A stretch of DNA of 64,000 nt. Origin: Candidatus Methylomirabilia bacterium. GTDB lineage: Bacteria; Methylomirabilota; Methylomirabilia; Rokubacteriales; CSP1-6. Made by a program: the position numbers and the translations under genes. The DNA is taken from NCBI GenBank assembly GCA_041496385.1, contig JBGQEL010000007.1, positions 23,799 to 87,798 on the forward strand. Direction: 5' to 3'. Position 1 is the first letter of the stretch, and every line of letters begins with the position of its first letter. This document shows, in pieces, positions 20,209 to 29,177 of this stretch. The notes under the pieces are model-generated. The model worked only from the letters and a program-made list of their open reading frames with translations, was not told the origin of the DNA and did not search any database.

Positions 20209-21065
20209 TCCCGTTCTCGAAGGGCCACGGTCTCGGCAACGACTACCTCGTCGTCAACCAGGCGGACCTGACGGCGCCCCTCTCGGTCGGAGCGATCCGG
20301 AGAATCTGCGACCGGCACTGGGGCGTCGGCTCGGACGGCATCCTCCTCCTCGTGCCGACGACGCGCGCGGACTTCGGCCTGCGCATCTTCAACCCCGACG
20401 GGAGCGAGGCGGAGAAGTCGGGGAACGGGCTCCGCATCTTCGCCAAATATCTCTGGGACCGGGGCCACGCCAGGACGGCGACGTTCACCGTGGACACCAA
20501 GGGCGGCGTGGTCGAGTGCCGGTGCCGTGTCGAGGACGGCCGCGTGAACTTCGTGACCGTCGAGATGGGACGCGCGACGTTCCGCGCGCCGGAGATCCCG
20601 ATGAACGGCCCCGATCGTGACGTGGTCGCAGCACCGCTGCAGCTCGGGGACGGCACCACGCTGCGCGTGACGGCGGTCTCGGTGGGGAACCCGCACTGCG
20701 TGACCTTCGTGGACCGTCTCGACGAGGCCGAGTGTCGGCGGCTCGGCCCACTCATCGAGAGCCACCCGGCGTTTCCGAACCGGACCAACGTGCAGTTCGC
20801 CCGCGTCCACGCGCGCGACAGGGTCGACATCCTCATCTGGGAGCGCGGGGCCGGCTTCACGCTGGCCTCGGGGTCGTCGTCCTGCGGGGCCGCCTCGGCC
20901 GCCGTGCGGAACGGCCTCTGCGACCACGGGCGCGTGCGCGTCAGGATGCCGGGGGGCGAGCTCGTCATCGAGGTGCGGCCCGACTGGTCGCTCCGGCTCG
21001 AGGGGCCCGTCGAGGAGGTCTGCACGGGCACGCTCTCGGCCGAGTTCGCGGCCTCGCTGTCGTGA
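20205..21065 (+). CDS. dapF: Diaminopimelate epimerase-like protein with Ser at both catalytic positions
   Basis: KGHGLGNDY, GVGSDG, NPDGSEAEKSGNG, SVGNPH, RTNVQF, WERGAGFTLASGSS. Confidence 0.85.
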   Translation: MIPFSKGHGLGNDYLVVNQADLTAPLSVGAIRRICDRHWGVGSDGILLLVPTTRADFGLRIFNPDGSEAEKSGNGLRIFAKYLWDRGHARTATFTVDTKGGVVECRCRVEDGRVNFVTVEMGRATFRAPEIPMNGPDRDVVAAPLQLGDGTTLRVTAVSVGNPHCVTFVDRLDEAECRRLGPLIESHPAFPNRTNVQFARVHARDRVDILIWERGAGFTLASGSSSCGAASAAVRNGLCDHGRVRVRMPGGELVIEVRPDWSLRLEGPVEEVCTGTLSAEFAASLS

Positions 21066-21646
21066 AGCGGCTCTGCGTGTTCTGCGGGTCCTCCGAGGGA
21101 GCGCGGCCGGCCTACGCGGGCGCCACGCGCGCGCTCGGCGACGAGCTCGTGTCGCGCGGACTCGGCCTCGTGTACGGCGGCGGCTCGGTGGGCCTCATGG
21201 GCGTGCTCGCCGACACCGTGCTCGCGCGGGGCGGCGAGGTCATCGGTGTCATTCCCGGGCCGCTCGCCACGCGCGAGCTCGCGCACGCGGGGCTCAGCGA
21301 GATGCGCGTCGTCGGGAGCATGCACGAGCGCAAGGCGACGATGGCCCGGCTCGCCGACGGCTTCGTCGCGCTGCCCGGCGGCCTCGGAACCTTCGAGGAG
21401 ACGCTCGAGATGCTCACGTGGTCCCAGCTCGGGATCCACGCGAAGCCCGTGGGCGCGCTCAACGTCGAGGGCTACTGGGACGGGCTCCGCGCGATGCTCG
21501 CCCACGCGGTCGCCGAACGCTTTGTCCGTCCCGAGTTCGCGGCGCTCCTCCTCTTCGAGCCGGCGCCCGGTACGCTTCTCGACCGCCTCGCCGCGTGGCG
21601 GCCGCCGGCCCTCGCGCGCGCGTGGCTCCGTCCCGACCAGACGTGA
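21062..21646 (+). CDS. LOG family nucleotide phosphoribohydrolase (TIGR00730-like)
   Basis: CVFCGS, MHERKA, PGGLGTFEE. Confidence 0.92.
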   Translation: MKRLCVFCGSSEGARPAYAGATRALGDELVSRGLGLVYGGGSVGLMGVLADTVLARGGEVIGVIPGPLATRELAHAGLSEMRVVGSMHERKATMARLADGFVALPGGLGTFEETLEMLTWSQLGIHAKPVGALNVEGYWDGLRAMLAHAVAERFVRPEFAALLLFEPAPGTLLDRLAAWRPPALARAWLRPDQT

Positions 21647-21679
21647 CGCGGGGCCGCGCGTGATAGACTGGCGCTCGCG

Positions 21680-22048
21680 GTGATCGCCTCGTGGTGCTGG
21701 GACTTGGTCGCGCCCTATCTCACGCGCAATCTGTTGAACCGCGGCGTGGAGCGCCCGACGCGCCGGCAGCTCCTCGAGGAGTTCGCGCGCGTGTGGCCCG
21801 GGTGCACCGCGACGATCGGCGTGCAGGAGCCGCACGCGGGCACCATCCGCTTCAAGTGGCTCGTGCGCCTCGGCCCGGCCGAAATGGAGCCATTCCTCGA
21901 AGACCCGGGCGGCTGGATCGGCGCGCGCTACGGAGGCGGGAAGTTCAAGGTGAACCTGCACCACGGGATGCACTTCGTGAGCACGAAGAACTTCAAGCCC
22001 GAGGGCGCGCCGCGCTGGAAGGACGCGCCCGAGCTGGTTCTCGACTAG
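21680..22048 (+). CDS. Hypothetical protein
   Basis: Coding-like GC3 bias; TGaTAGACT -10 element upstream. Confidence 0.65.
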   Translation: MIASWCWDLVAPYLTRNLLNRGVERPTRRQLLEEFARVWPGCTATIGVQEPHAGTIRFKWLVRLGPAEMEPFLEDPGGWIGARYGGGKFKVNLHHGMHFVSTKNFKPEGAPRWKDAPELVLD

Positions 22049-22057
22049 GAGCCCTCC

Positions 22058-22240
22058 ATGCCGAGCGACGAGACCCGCCGCGTGCTGAAGCTGTTCGGAG
22101 TGGCCGTGACGAATCTCGAGGACGCCCTGGATCGCCAGGCACCGTTCGAGGAGATCATGAAGTGGGACCAGGAGGTCGCCACGCGGACGCGTGAGACGTT
22201 CGCGCTGGTCGACCGGCTCCGGAGCCGGCGCATCGCGTGA
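22058..22240 (+). CDS. Small hypothetical helical protein (60 aa)
   Basis: AGGAG RBS; stop overlaps the next GTG. Confidence 0.7.
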   Translation: MPSDETRRVLKLFGVAVTNLEDALDRQAPFEEIMKWDQEVATRTRETFALVDRLRSRRIA

Positions 22241-23076
22241 CGCCCCTCACCGACGCCTCGGGCGTCGAGCTCGTCCTGCCGCGACCGCCGCGGCGGATCG
22301 TCTCCCTGATTCCCAGCACCACCGAGACACTCTGCGCCCTCGGGCTCGCCGACGCCCTCGTCGGGGTCACGGTCTATTGCTCCGAGCCGGCCGAGATCGT
22401 GCGCGCCAAGACGCGAATCGGCGGCGAGAAGAACCCCGACCTCGAGCGGATCCGCGCCCTCGCCCCTGACCTGGTCGTCGCCAACGTCGAGGAGAATGTC
22501 CGCGAGCACGTCGACGCCCTGCGCGCGTGGTCCATCCCCGTCTGGGTGACCTATCCCCGCACGGCGGAGGACAGCCTCCGCATGATCCGCGAGCTGGGAG
22601 AGGTGACGGGCGCGCGGGCGCCCGCGGCGGCGCTCCTCGGAGAGCTGGAACCGCTCTACGCGCGCGTGAGGGCGGCCAGCGCCGCGCGCCCGCCGGTGGA
22701 CACCTTCTACGCGATCTGGCGCGGGCCGTACATGACGATCGGCGCGGACACCTACATTCACGACGTGCTGGCGGTCTGTGGCGGGCGGAACGTCTTCGGC
22801 GACCGGCCCGAGCGATACCCGCCGGTCACCCTCGAGGAGATCGCCGCGCGGCGGCCCGCGGTGATCCTCCTGCCCGACGAGCCGTTCCGGTTCCGCAGGG
22901 CGCACCTGGACGACTTCGCGCCCTACCGGGAGATCCCCGCGGTGCGGGACGGCCGGGTGCACCTGGTGGACGGCAAGCCGTTCTCCTGGCACGGGCCGCG
23001 CCTCGCCGAAGCGCTGCGCACGCTCCCGGCGCTCCTCGCGGGGACCGGTCGCGACGCGGACGGGCCCCGACGCTAG
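22237..23076 (+). CDS. Helical-backbone metal/cobalamin-binding protein (BtuF-like), no signal peptide
   Basis: RRIVSLIPSTTE, GGEKNPD, PDLVVAN, PDEPFRF, FSWHGPR. Confidence 0.85.
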   Translation: MTPLTDASGVELVLPRPPRRIVSLIPSTTETLCALGLADALVGVTVYCSEPAEIVRAKTRIGGEKNPDLERIRALAPDLVVANVEENVREHVDALRAWSIPVWVTYPRTAEDSLRMIRELGEVTGARAPAAALLGELEPLYARVRAASAARPPVDTFYAIWRGPYMTIGADTYIHDVLAVCGGRNVFGDRPERYPPVTLEEIAARRPAVILLPDEPFRFRRAHLDDFAPYREIPAVRDGRVHLVDGKPFSWHGPRLAEALRTLPALLAGTGRDADGPRR

Positions 23077-23089
23077 CGAGCGCGCCGGC

Positions 23090-23242
23090 TCAGTCGCGCT
23101 TGCGCGCCGGCAGGAACCGCTCGAGCCAGGGCGCGGCCGCGGCCATGAAGAGACCCGGGACGGCGACGCCGCTGATGAGCCCCAGGATCGAGAGGAAGAC
23201 CAGCGAGATCAGCGTGATCAGAAGATCGAGGAAGGGAGCCAT
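23090..23242 (-). CDS. Small membrane protein (50 aa), not in the ORF track
   Basis: Hand-translated MAPFLDLLITLISLVFLSILGLISGVAVPGLFMAAAAPWLERFLPARKRD; starts 8 nt after the upstream stop. Confidence 0.7.
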   Translation of the reverse strand: MAPFLDLLITLISLVFLSILGLISGVAVPGLFMAAAAPWLERFLPARKRD

Positions 23243-23250
23243 GGCCTTCG

Positions 23251-24489
23251 TCAGTGTACGTCGCTCGACTTGTGGATGTCCAGCATCGGCGGCAAGCCCG
23301 GGCGGGGAGGCGTGCGCTCGATGCGCGTGATGCGGGTCATGCGCCCGACGATGTCGCGGATACGCTGCGCGGCGCCGGCCGCCCGATCGAGCCAGCGCCG
23401 CTCCTGGGCGTCGATCGCCACGCGGCGTGAGAACAGCTCGAGCGAGCCGACGATGACCGTGAGCGGGTTGTTGATCTCGTGCGCGGCGGCGCTCGCCACG
23501 AGGGTGATGGCGCGCAGGTCCTCGGCCTGGCGCTGCGCGGCCTCGGCATTTTCGCGCTCGACCGACTCGCGGTAGATGACGATCTCATAGCGCCGGCCGT
23601 CATGATCCACGATCCGCCGCGTCGAATCGACGCGGATGACGTCGCCGGAGGCGCGGCGGTAGGGGTTGCCGAAGGCCCGCGCGAACCCGTGGGCGCGGGC
23701 CTCGGCGATCGAGGTCTCGCGAAGCGCGCGGAGCTCCGGCTCCTCGGGCCAGAAGTCACGAACGTCGCGGCCGATGAGCGCCGAGCGCGGGTAGCCCGAG
23801 AGCTCGCAATCGCGGCGGTTCACGTCGAGGATCCGGAACGTGTCGGGGTCCACGATGCGGATCGCGTCCGAGGCCTCGTCGATGATCGCGCGGAAGCGCG
23901 CGTGCTCCTCGGCGAATCGCGCCTCCGCGACGACGTCGTGGAAGAGGCGGGCGACGACGCCGATCCCGATCACGGTGACGCCGAGGAGGTGCAGCCAGGC
24001 GCGCCCGATGATCTCGAGCCCGCGCGCGCCGAGCAGGGTGAAGCCCGCGAGGAGCAGGGCGTACACCGCGAGGCTCAGGGCCAGCGCGTGGCGCGGCCCG
24101 ACGTCTCTGTCGCGGCGTGCCCACGCACAGGCCAGGGCCGCCGCGCCCGCCGTGGCGAGGAGCGTCAGGACGCTGGCGACGGTGCCGACGCCGCCGAGCC
24201 AGATGCGGTAGGCGACGGCGACCACGGCGGCGATGAAGCCGGCGCTCCCGCCTTCGAAGAGGCCGACGAGCGCCACGGGGACCACGCGCGAGTCGAGCCA
24301 GACCCCCTCGTCGATCTGAAGGCGCAGCATCATCAGCACGGCGGCGATCGTGCCGAAGGCCGAGCCGGTCAGGACGGCGCGCCGCACGTGGTGCCACCGG
24401 CCGCTCCGGCACCAGGGGTACGTGTACGAATAGAAGAGGAGGCCGACGACGACGACGCCGACCTCCTCGACGATCGCGTGCCAGTTGAT
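23251..24489 (-). CDS. Membrane (LytS/5TM-like)-PAS-HisKA sensor lacking an HATPase domain; probable ATC start
   Basis: LDSRVVP...FEG TM region, PAS, AAHEINNPL H-box with about 75 aa after it; the open frame extends to ATC 24489 behind GAGGTG. Confidence 0.8.
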   Translation of the reverse strand: MNWHAIVEEVGVVVVGLLFYSYTYPWCRSGRWHHVRRAVLTGSAFGTIAAVLMMLRLQIDEGVWLDSRVVPVALVGLFEGGSAGFIAAVVAVAYRIWLGGVGTVASVLTLLATAGAAALACAWARRDRDVGPRHALALSLAVYALLLAGFTLLGARGLEIIGRAWLHLLGVTVIGIGVVARLFHDVVAEARFAEEHARFRAIIDEASDAIRIVDPDTFRILDVNRRDCELSGYPRSALIGRDVRDFWPEEPELRALRETSIAEARAHGFARAFGNPYRRASGDVIRVDSTRRIVDHDGRRYEIVIYRESVERENAEAAQRQAEDLRAITLVASAAAHEINNPLTVIVGSLELFSRRVAIDAQERRWLDRAAGAAQRIRDIVGRMTRITRIERTPPRPGLPPMLDIHKSSDVH

Positions 24490-24491
24490 GG

Positions 24492-24956
24492 CTACTGCAC
24501 CTCGAGGATCATCTCGATCTCGACGGGGATCCCCATCGGGAGCTCGGCCATGCCGACGGCCGAGCGGGCGTGCCTGCCCACCGCCTCGCCGAACACCTGC
24601 ACCATGAGATCGGAGAATCCGTTGATGACCTTGGGCTGGTCGCCGAAGCCGTCGGCCGAGTTGACCATGCCCAGCACCTTGACGACGCGCGTGACCTTGT
24701 CGAGGCTCCCGAGGCTGGCTCGCGTCGTCGCGAGCAGCGAGAGGCCGACCTCGCGCGCCACCTGAGCGCCCTGCTCGACGGTCAGCTCGCGGCCGAGCTT
24801 GCCGCGGGCCGAGGGCTTGCCGTCGGTCCGGATGGGACCGTGCCCGGAGAGGAAGAGGAGGTTGCCGACGCGGACGGCGCCGACGTAGTTCGCGAGGGGC
24901 GTGGTGGGTTGCGGCAGGACGATACCGAGCTCCTTCAGGCGTGTTTCCGCGCTCAT
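24492..24956 (-). CDS. RidA/YjgF family protein
   Basis: ANYV...LFLSGHGP, VINGFSDL, HARSAVG, PVEIE. Confidence 0.92.
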   Translation of the reverse strand: MSAETRLKELGIVLPQPTTPLANYVGAVRVGNLLFLSGHGPIRTDGKPSARGKLGRELTVEQGAQVAREVGLSLLATTRASLGSLDKVTRVVKVLGMVNSADGFGDQPKVINGFSDLMVQVFGEAVGRHARSAVGMAELPMGIPVEIEMILEVQ

Positions 24957-25015
24957 GCGGACGTCTCCTTCGCGAATCGGATGACAGTGGCCGCGAAATG
25001 GTGGCACACTACCTC

Positions 25016-25813
25016 GTGCCCGTCAAACCGACGCCGGCTCGGCCGGCCCCCGCCGCCACCCTCGTGCTGTTACGCGACCGGACGGCGGGTCCGTTCGAGG
25101 TCCTCCTCATTCGTCGCCACGGGGCCTCGAAGTTCGCCGCCGGCGACTTCGTCTTTCCGGGAGGCAAGCTCGAGGTCGACGACACTCCCGACGACGCTCC
25201 GGCGTGGTGCCGGGGTCTCGACCTCGGCGCGGCGGCGCGTGCGCTCGGGCTCGGGCCCGGCGCGGCCGTGGGCTACTGGATCGGCGCGATCCGCGAGACG
25301 TTCGAGGAGGTCGGGATCCTGCTCGCCTACGGGCCCGACGGCGCGCCCGTGCGCGCGACCGGTGCGCGGTTCGCCGAGTATCGCCGCGCCTGTCAGGCCG
25401 ACAACCGCGCCTTCTGGGCGATGCTCCGCGCCGAGCGCCTCACGCTCGCCACCGACGGGCTCGTGTACTTCGCTCACTGGATCACGCCCGTCGTGAATCC
25501 CTACCGCTTCGACACCCGCTTCTTCGCGGTCGCGGCGCCGGCCGGGCAGGAGGCCGCCGCCGACGAGCGCGAGATCACCGAGGTGCGCTGGCTGGCGCCG
25601 CGCGAGGCGCTCGACGCGAACGCGCGCGGTGAGCTCCCGCTGCGCGCGCCGACGATCAAGAATCTCCTGCTCTTCGACGGCGCCGCGGCCTCCACCGAGG
25701 CGCTCGCGCGGCTCGCCGGCCGTCCCGTTCGGACGATCATGCCCAGGGTGATCGGGGAGGGGGCCGCGCGTCGCGTGCTGCTGCCGGGCGAACCCGGCTA
25801 CGACGACCCGTAG
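25016..25813 (+). CDS. NUDIX hydrolase (NUDT19-like)
   Basis: AATLVLLRD, VFPGG, AIRETFEEVG, HWITP...RFDTRFF; start could instead be ATG 24998. Confidence 0.88.
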   Translation: MPVKPTPARPAPAATLVLLRDRTAGPFEVLLIRRHGASKFAAGDFVFPGGKLEVDDTPDDAPAWCRGLDLGAAARALGLGPGAAVGYWIGAIRETFEEVGILLAYGPDGAPVRATGARFAEYRRACQADNRAFWAMLRAERLTLATDGLVYFAHWITPVVNPYRFDTRFFAVAAPAGQEAAADEREITEVRWLAPREALDANARGELPLRAPTIKNLLLFDGAAASTEALARLAGRPVRTIMPRVIGEGAARRVLLPGEPGYDDP

Positions 25814-25874
25814 GCGCCGTCACGCCCACGGGGCCGACGAGGCCGAGGGGCCCCGGCCCGCATCGCATCCGCGA

Positions 25875-26096
25875 TCAGACGTACGCGAGAAGGCGTCCGC
25901 ACGCGATCACACCCGTCCAGAGCACCTGCGCGGCGAGCGCGGCGTGCGGGTGCTCGTATCCCGCCTCCTTGATCGTGCCGGTGAGCGTGAGCTCCTTGCT
26001 CGCGTCGTAGCCGCTCCAGCCGTGATGGGCCACCGCGGGCACGGCGAGCGCGAGGGCGCCGAGGAGCGCGAGGACGACGAGGAAACGGCTGGGCAT
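25875..26096 (-). pseudogene. Chimeric remnant: DUF6152-like N-terminus fused to a DUF6644-like C-terminus
   Basis: Signal peptide + AHHGWSGYD...GYEHPH, then an abrupt switch to VLWTGVIACGRLLAYV. Confidence 0.65.
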
Positions 26097-26110
26097 GGGA
26101 GACTTCCCTG

Positions 26111-27349
26111 TCAGTCCGCGCCCTGGCCGGCCTTCCGCGAATTCACGAGGACGCCCATGTTGCCGTACGGGTGCCTGTTCTCGAGCATGAGCTGGTGGCA
26201 CTCGGGGATGTCGTCGAAGTCGTAGGTCTTCGACAGACACGGGTCCACGCGGCCCTCGGCCACGAGCGCCGTGACGGCCGCCGCCTGCTGGTCGTTGGAG
26301 AGGTGACTGCCCTGGAACCGTTTCTGGCGCATCCAGTGATAACGCAGGTCGAGCGTCGCGTTGTAGCCGGTCGTGCCGGCGCAGATGACGACCATCCCGC
26401 CCGTCGCGCAGAGGAAGACCGAGGTCGGCAGCGTCGCCTCGCCGGGATGCTCGAACACGATCCTGGGGCTGAGCCGCTCGCCGAGCGCGTCCCAGACCGC
26501 CTTGCCGAAGCCGCGGGCGCCCTTCGCCCACTCCCCGTAGGCCCTGGCGTCCTTCGTGTCGGGCATCGGCCCCCAGTGGGAGAACTGGCTGCGATCGACG
26601 ACACCGACGGCGCCGTGGTCGAGGCAGAACTTCTTCTTCGCCTCGTCGGAGACGACGGCGATCGCGCGACCGCCGATCGCCCGCGTGATCTCGAGCGCCA
26701 TGCTGCCCAGCCCCCCCGCGCCGCCCCAGACCAGGACCGCGTCCCCGGGCTCGACGACGTGCGGAGGCCAGCCCATCAGCATCCGGTACGCCGTCGAGGC
26801 GCAGAGCAGGAAGCACCCGGCCGCCTCCCACGTGAGGCGCTTCGGCTTCGGGATGCACTGATGGGCCTGGGCGCGCGCGAACTGGCCGTAGCTGCCGTAG
26901 TTGGTCTGGTAACCCCAGATGCGCGTCGACTCGGCCAGCATCGGGTCCTTGCCCGAGCGCACCCAGGGATCGTCGGGACGCCACCAGCCGCTGTGGACGA
27001 CGACCTGGTCGCCGATCCTGACGCTCGTGACGTCTCGACCGACCGCCCAGACGATGCCCGAGCAGTCGCTGCCGCCCAGGTGGAAGTCCTCGGGCTCACC
27101 CGCCTTCTGCCGCTCGGCGATCACGTCGAGCGGCTGGCCCAGCGCGGCCCACACGTTGTTGTAGTTGATGCCCGAAGCCATGACGTAGATCAGCGCCTCG
27201 TCGGGACCGATCGGGGGCGTCGGTACCACTTCGCGCTTCCAGGCGTCGCGCGGCTGGCCGAAGCGGCTCTGGCGCACGAGGTAGGCGTGCATCTGCTTCG
27301 GCACCTCGCCGAGCGGCGGCTTGTCTCCCAGGTCGTAGAGGTCTCTCAT
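26111..27349 (-). CDS. ccrA: Crotonyl-CoA carboxylase/reductase
   Basis: GINYNNVWA, GSDCSGIVW, IWGYQT, VFEHPG, CAGTTGY, WMRQKRFQGSH. Confidence 0.9.
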   Translation of the reverse strand: MRDLYDLGDKPPLGEVPKQMHAYLVRQSRFGQPRDAWKREVVPTPPIGPDEALIYVMASGINYNNVWAALGQPLDVIAERQKAGEPEDFHLGGSDCSGIVWAVGRDVTSVRIGDQVVVHSGWWRPDDPWVRSGKDPMLAESTRIWGYQTNYGSYGQFARAQAHQCIPKPKRLTWEAAGCFLLCASTAYRMLMGWPPHVVEPGDAVLVWGGAGGLGSMALEITRAIGGRAIAVVSDEAKKKFCLDHGAVGVVDRSQFSHWGPMPDTKDARAYGEWAKGARGFGKAVWDALGERLSPRIVFEHPGEATLPTSVFLCATGGMVVICAGTTGYNATLDLRYHWMRQKRFQGSHLSNDQQAAAVTALVAEGRVDPCLSKTYDFDDIPECHQLMLENRHPYGNMGVLVNSRKAGQGAD

Positions 27350-28362
27350 GCGTTGAACTCTTTGACGAGCCGCGGAAGGCGCGGGTCGTCGAGGCCGGGC
27401 TGGTAGGGCTGATAGAGCGCGGTCCGGTCGAGCAGCCCGGCGTAGCGCTCTCTCAGCGCGCGGCCGATCGTGTCGTACGTGCCGGTGACGGCGAAGGTGT
27501 CCACCATCTCGTCGCTGATCAGGTCGGCCATGCCCTTCCAGTCGCCCTCGACCGACTTCCGGTGCAGCGCGGGCGTCAGGTCCTGCCAGCCGTGCGCCGC
27601 AAGCACCGGCTCGTAGGTGCGCGTCGAGGCGTAGAAGGAGATCTGCTGCTTCACCGCCTGCCTGTTCGCCGCCAGCTCCTGCTCGGTGTCGCCGACGACC
27701 ACGAAGGACGCGGTCGTGTAGGTGAAGTCCTCGCGCTTCCGGCCCGAGGCCGCGAGGCCGTCGTTCACGGCGGGCTGGACATACTCGCGCAGGTACTTCG
27801 GGCTGTTGAACGGGTGCACGTGGAGACCGTCGCAGACTTCGCCCGCGATCCGGCACATGTACTTGTTGACGCCCGCGATGTAGATGGGAATCGTCGGCTG
27901 CGCGATGGGGCCGGGATTGAAGAAGGGCGTCATCAGGTCGAAGCGGTAGAACTGCCCCTTGAAGTTGAGCTTCGTCCCGTTCTGCCAGCAGTCCCAGATG
28001 GTCCGGAGGGCCAGCACGATCTCGCGCATCTTCGGGCCCGGCGACTCGAACTTCACCGAGAATCGGCGCTCGTTGTGGCCCTTCACCTGGGTGCCGAGAC
28101 CCAGGAGGAAGCGCCCGTCTGACGCCTTCTGCAGGTCCCAGGCGATGTGCGCCAGGACCATCGGACTCCGCGGAAACGTCACCGCGATCGCGGTGCCGAG
28201 TTTGATGGTCGAGGTGACGGTGGCCGCCACGGCGAGCGGCAGGAACGGATCGTGCTGGGTCTCCGAGGACCACAGGCAGTCGTACCCCATCGCCTCTACC
28301 CTGCGCGCGTAGCCGGGGATGGACTTGAGATCGTGGGTCAGCATGCCGACATCGAGTTTCAC
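27346..28362 (-). CDS. LLM-class putative F420-dependent oxidoreductase (TIGR03617-like)
   Basis: ETQHDPF, PRSPM, GLGTQVKGHNERRF, DLMTPFF, ISFYASTRTY. Confidence 0.88.
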   Translation of the reverse strand: MKLDVGMLTHDLKSIPGYARRVEAMGYDCLWSSETQHDPFLPLAVAATVTSTIKLGTAIAVTFPRSPMVLAHIAWDLQKASDGRFLLGLGTQVKGHNERRFSVKFESPGPKMREIVLALRTIWDCWQNGTKLNFKGQFYRFDLMTPFFNPGPIAQPTIPIYIAGVNKYMCRIAGEVCDGLHVHPFNSPKYLREYVQPAVNDGLAASGRKREDFTYTTASFVVVGDTEQELAANRQAVKQQISFYASTRTYEPVLAAHGWQDLTPALHRKSVEGDWKGMADLISDEMVDTFAVTGTYDTIGRALRERYAGLLDRTALYQPYQPGLDDPRLPRLVKEFNA

Positions 28363-28429
28363 GGGCCTCTCCTTGTAGGGGGTGCCCTATTGTAGCGGGG
28401 TCGGCGGGGCCGCGACAGGGGGCGGGGTG

Positions 28430-28687
28430 TCAGCGCCCCTCGGCGCGCTCGCCCCGCAGCGTCATCACGGTCGAGCTGGCCTGCGCCACGAGGTGTTGCT
28501 GCGCGTCGGCGACGTCGCACAGGATGCCGCCGTGCAGCGTGCCCATCGGATTCGGGTGGCGCTCCGTCGCCTCGAACTCGAGCACGGCACGGCCCGGCTC
28601 CACGCGCGTGGGCGCGAATCCGATCAGCGTCGCGATCGGAGGCGGGGGGAGCTCCCCCCGCTGCATCTTCAGGATCAGGTCGAGCAT
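28430..28687 (-). pseudogene. PaaI-family thioesterase with an in-frame internal deletion
   Basis: NPMGTLHGGILCDVAD runs directly into the last strand LVAQASST; only 85 aa. Confidence 0.75.
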
Positions 28688-28703
28688 CGTGGGCGTGGGC
28701 TCC

Positions 28704-29177
28704 TCACCGGCCGCGCTTGACGAGCATGGCGAAGACCATGGCGTGCGTCACGAACAGGGCCGGCACCACGAACGTGGGGATGTAGTACGCGGCGCCCAGG
28801 CTCACGCCGAGCCGGACGCCCCGCGCGACCGCGTTGAGCAGGTCGAGCGTGCCGACGACGTTGAAGAGCCAGACGAGCGCGAGCGCCGCCGGCCAGCGGG
28901 CCCGGAGGGCGACGATCGCCAGCAGCGCGAGGAGGGCCGCCAGCAGGTCGCCGTACGCCGCCGGAATCGCGAATGCGGGCTCGAGGGCTCCGCCCACGAC
29001 CGCCGGAACGAGGAAGACCATGCCCATATGACGGAACGCGTGGAGAAACAGCAGCGGTGTCAGCGCGGATGCGAGCGGCAGGGCCGCCAGGGCCGGCGCC
29101 AGATACCAGCGGGCGATGAGCGCGTAGAGGATCAGGCTGAGCAGGAACTGCATGCCGAAGATCTGCAAGGTCGTCAT
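28704..29177 (-). CDS. Hypothetical membrane protein
   Basis: About five TM segments; HAFRH.G, AYGDL, FNVVGTLDL. Confidence 0.75.
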   Translation of the reverse strand: MTTLQIFGMQFLLSLILYALIARWYLAPALAALPLASALTPLLFLHAFRHMGMVFLVPAVVGGALEPAFAIPAAYGDLLAALLALLAIVALRARWPAALALVWLFNVVGTLDLLNAVARGVRLGVSLGAAYYIPTFVVPALFVTHAMVFAMLVKRGR

